From: Yuukianura sp. NJ FZ-2021 | Taxonomy: Eukaryota | Reading direction: 5' to 3' | Assembly: GCA_046563655.1 (NCBI GenBank) | Contig: CM102287.1 | Span: forward strand, 5,084,001 to 5,148,000 | DNA length: 64,000 bases | In this document: one piece after another, positions 61,641 through 64,000 of the stretch | Layout of the letters: each line of letters opens with the position of its first letter | Position numbering within the stretch: the stretch's first letter is position 1 | Notes under the pieces: generated by a model | The model's database searches: none | Seen by the model: only the letters and a program-made list of their open reading frames with translations | What the model was told of the DNA's origin: nothing | Position numbers and translations under genes: made by a program

Positions 61641-63125
61641 CTAGTTGATATACTGTTCTCTGCAAACGAAAACAAAGATGCAAGTGAACGCTAGAAAAAC
61701 GGATGGAAACGCAATTCGTGCAATTTTATCGATTCGTCTTGCCTTGATCATTGCGCAAATACGATCTTCCTTTGACGCAGATGAAGCTCTCGAGCATCTT
61801 CCACTTTCAAGCTGCGTTTGGCCAACATCGTTTTGATTTTGCTCCTCTTCATTAGCTACGACACTTCGCTTTGCAAAAATTTGATTCGCTAGCTGTTTTC
61901 GAGCCAGAATCCATGAAATTTTCGACAAATTTCTTACTCCTCTGTTTCTCGATTTTGAATTTGCGCTTGTCTTGACTTTCTTGCTTTTGACATGTGCAGT
62001 TCCAACATACTTTTTCAAGGTCATATGAACAAGAATAGATTCCACAAAAGCCAGAAAAACAAACAATTGACAGATACTTGTAAAGTAGTCCATGGCTTTG
62101 GCATAGGATGCTGCTGGAGACGCTTCGCTGAGACTGTATGCTTGCGTTGACAAAGCCAAAATTGTAGTGACGCCTAGCGACACTCTAGCTTCCGTTGCGG
62201 TCACATCTAACCAAAATGAAGCCCATGATGTTGCGACGAGCAAACCGCAAGGTGAAAATGCTCTCATGACGTAGTAGCCCAATCTGCGCTTGAACGGTAA
62301 ATGTGCTTCCAGTATCGTGTAAATACCACTGAAAGTACTGCGAGAATGTTCTGATTGATAGGGTTGGCCGACATGAAATTTCCGAAGTTGCGTTCTTTGA
62401 CGTTCTTTGACAGTTCCAACTCCGAGGTATGGGTACCATTTCAGAGTGGAATTTGTGGCTGCTTGAGAGTATAAACCGAATCCAACCTCGCAAACACTTT
62501 TGTCGAAGGGATACCATTTGACATCGACATCACACAAGACAACAGTGGAAATACGGCCGTTATACATTGTCGTACCATTTTTGAAAATCCGGATGAATGC
62601 GTTTGATTTGATGTTGGAGTGTAAATAGCCGCTTTTTTCATTGTCTATGAAGATATCCGGAAACCAAATCCGAGAAGTGTCGGAAACAACCAAAACGTTT
62701 GGAATCTTAGCGGATGAATTCAAACTCGGAAGCTTTTCATACTGATGACGTGGATCGTGCCAGAAAACGCGCAGCGTTAGCTGTGCTCCGAGTTCTTCTT
62801 GAATATCATCAAAATAGTTGATACTTCTGAACAAAACTTGAAGAAAAACCGGAAATGGAAGCCGGAACTGTGAATCCGAATCATTACGCCCAGTCGATAC
62901 CGTAGCGCCTTGTACCGGGTTGAGATATCGGTCGTCGGTATTTGGAATTCCCAACGAATAGTGCGGAGGTGGAGTAAATCGGTCGTACCTTTTTTCGTCA
63001 AGAATTTGTTCCAAAATTTCAGCTTCGATTCCTTGATTATGAATCTTTGTGCCCAAAATTTTCGAAAAATAAAAATTGAAAATCACGAGAATTTTCCAAA
63101 AAATTGAAAAAATTTGACTTTTCAT
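61641..63125 (-). CDS. Intronless Cys-loop ligand-gated ion channel subunit (GlyR/GluCl/GABA-R-like), 494 aa
   Basis: WHDPR, IWFPDIFIDNEK, Cys loop CDVDVKWYPFDKSVC, SWASFWLD, ARVSLGVTTIL, SYAKAMD, IDKIARIAFP. Confidence 0.9.
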   Translation of the reverse strand: MKSQIFSIFWKILVIFNFYFSKILGTKIHNQGIEAEILEQILDEKRYDRFTPPPHYSLGIPNTDDRYLNPVQGATVSTGRNDSDSQFRLPFPVFLQVLFRSINYFDDIQEELGAQLTLRVFWHDPRHQYEKLPSLNSSAKIPNVLVVSDTSRIWFPDIFIDNEKSGYLHSNIKSNAFIRIFKNGTTMYNGRISTVVLCDVDVKWYPFDKSVCEVGFGLYSQAATNSTLKWYPYLGVGTVKERQRTQLRKFHVGQPYQSEHSRSTFSGIYTILEAHLPFKRRLGYYVMRAFSPCGLLVATSWASFWLDVTATEARVSLGVTTILALSTQAYSLSEASPAASYAKAMDYFTSICQLFVFLAFVESILVHMTLKKYVGTAHVKSKKVKTSANSKSRNRGVRNLSKISWILARKQLANQIFAKRSVVANEEEQNQNDVGQTQLESGRCSRASSASKEDRICAMIKARRIDKIARIAFPSVFLAFTCIFVFVCREQYIN

Positions 63126-63714
63126 TGTGGAAGTCTAGGTACAGAATGGACGCATTTTCGAACCGATTTGACATTATACGCTGTTGCTCTTTGGAAATCC
63201 TTGAAACTGACGTTAACTGGAACCGTTTAGTTGATCAAACACAATTTTTTGAATAATCTAAAAATTTCTGTCATTTCCACACTTACTATGCAATCATTTG
63301 AAAATCATTTGAAGAATTTTTTTGGACATGAATAGAATAGTCATTTACTATTCTATAGAAATAAAAGAAAACTCTTAACGTAATTTGTCAAGTTGACATG
63401 TAGTAACAGCGCCGAACTGACAACGTGAGCGGTTTGAATTAAACGTCCTCGAATTTCTAATTTCAATTAGAAGAAAGAGTTGCATACAAATTTTTTGTTT
63501 ACGTATTTTGCCATTTTCCTAAATTGCAGACTCTTTGCGAACGTTTTGAAACTTTTTTGTAACTCCGTCTTTACATTGTGAAATGAAACGCACTTGTTGA
63601 TCTGTGAGATACGGCTACTTTTATTTACTACATTTCAAAAATTCACCAATTTTGGATTCAGAAAGATTTGATTCAACTTTGGAAAGAAAAGAATCTTGAA
63701 AAAAAAAGTTTACC

Positions 63715-64000
63715 CTAGCTCACATATTGTTGCAAGCAAACGAAAACAAAGATGCAAGTGAACGCTAGAAAAAGCGCTGGAAACGCAATTCGTGCAATTT
63801 TATCAATTCGTCGTGCCCTGGTCATTGCGTAAATACGATCTCCCTTTGACGCAGATGACGTTCCCGAGGGTCTTGTACTTTCAAGCTGTGCTTGCGCGAT
63901 ATCGCCTCGTTCCAACTCATTAAGTTCGACACTCCGCTTTTCAAAAATTCGATTCGAAACCTCCGCCCGTTTTTGCCTGAGGATCCATAAAATCTTTGCC
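63715..64000 (-). CDS. 3' end of a second, closely related Cys-loop channel subunit (runs off the window)
   Basis: ARRIDKIARIAFPALFLAFTCIFVFVC is nearly identical to the M4 of the first copy; downstream flank 63580-63714 is homologous to 61500-61640. Confidence 0.85.
   Translation of the reverse strand, partial: AKILWILRQKRAEVSNRIFEKRSVELNELERGDIAQAQLESTRPSGTSSASKGDRIYAMTRARRIDKIARIAFPALFLAFTCIFVFVCLQQYVS

Overview
Gene-dense, AT-rich eukaryotic DNA with short GT-AG introns. RR-2 cuticle proteins, an insect-allergen (MA) domain gene and a CAP/antigen-5 gene point to an arthropod, probably a hexapod. Gene order: MA/G12-like gene; a 940-aa DNAH2-like dynein heavy chain that stops before the linker and motor; nucleostemin GNL3; DNAI3/WDR63, with a foldback MITE in an intron; SMYD5; ketohexokinase with two homologous first coding exons; CFAP100; a divergent Polycomblike; a CAP gene; TOM70 and a head-to-head anchorless TOM70 paralog separated by a 5'-truncated L2/CR1-type LINE; a secreted Gln/Pro-rich repeat protein; a divergent PKA-C-like kinase; an orphan gene; a lebercilin-like gene; two RR-2 cuticle genes; and a tandem pair of Cys-loop channels (the complete one is intronless). 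The strongest signal is three inner-arm dynein f/I1-associated genes (tail-only DNAH2, WDR63, CFAP100) within about 20 kb, each with an X-box-like motif upstream. All family calls come from recognising motifs by eye; no database search was run.
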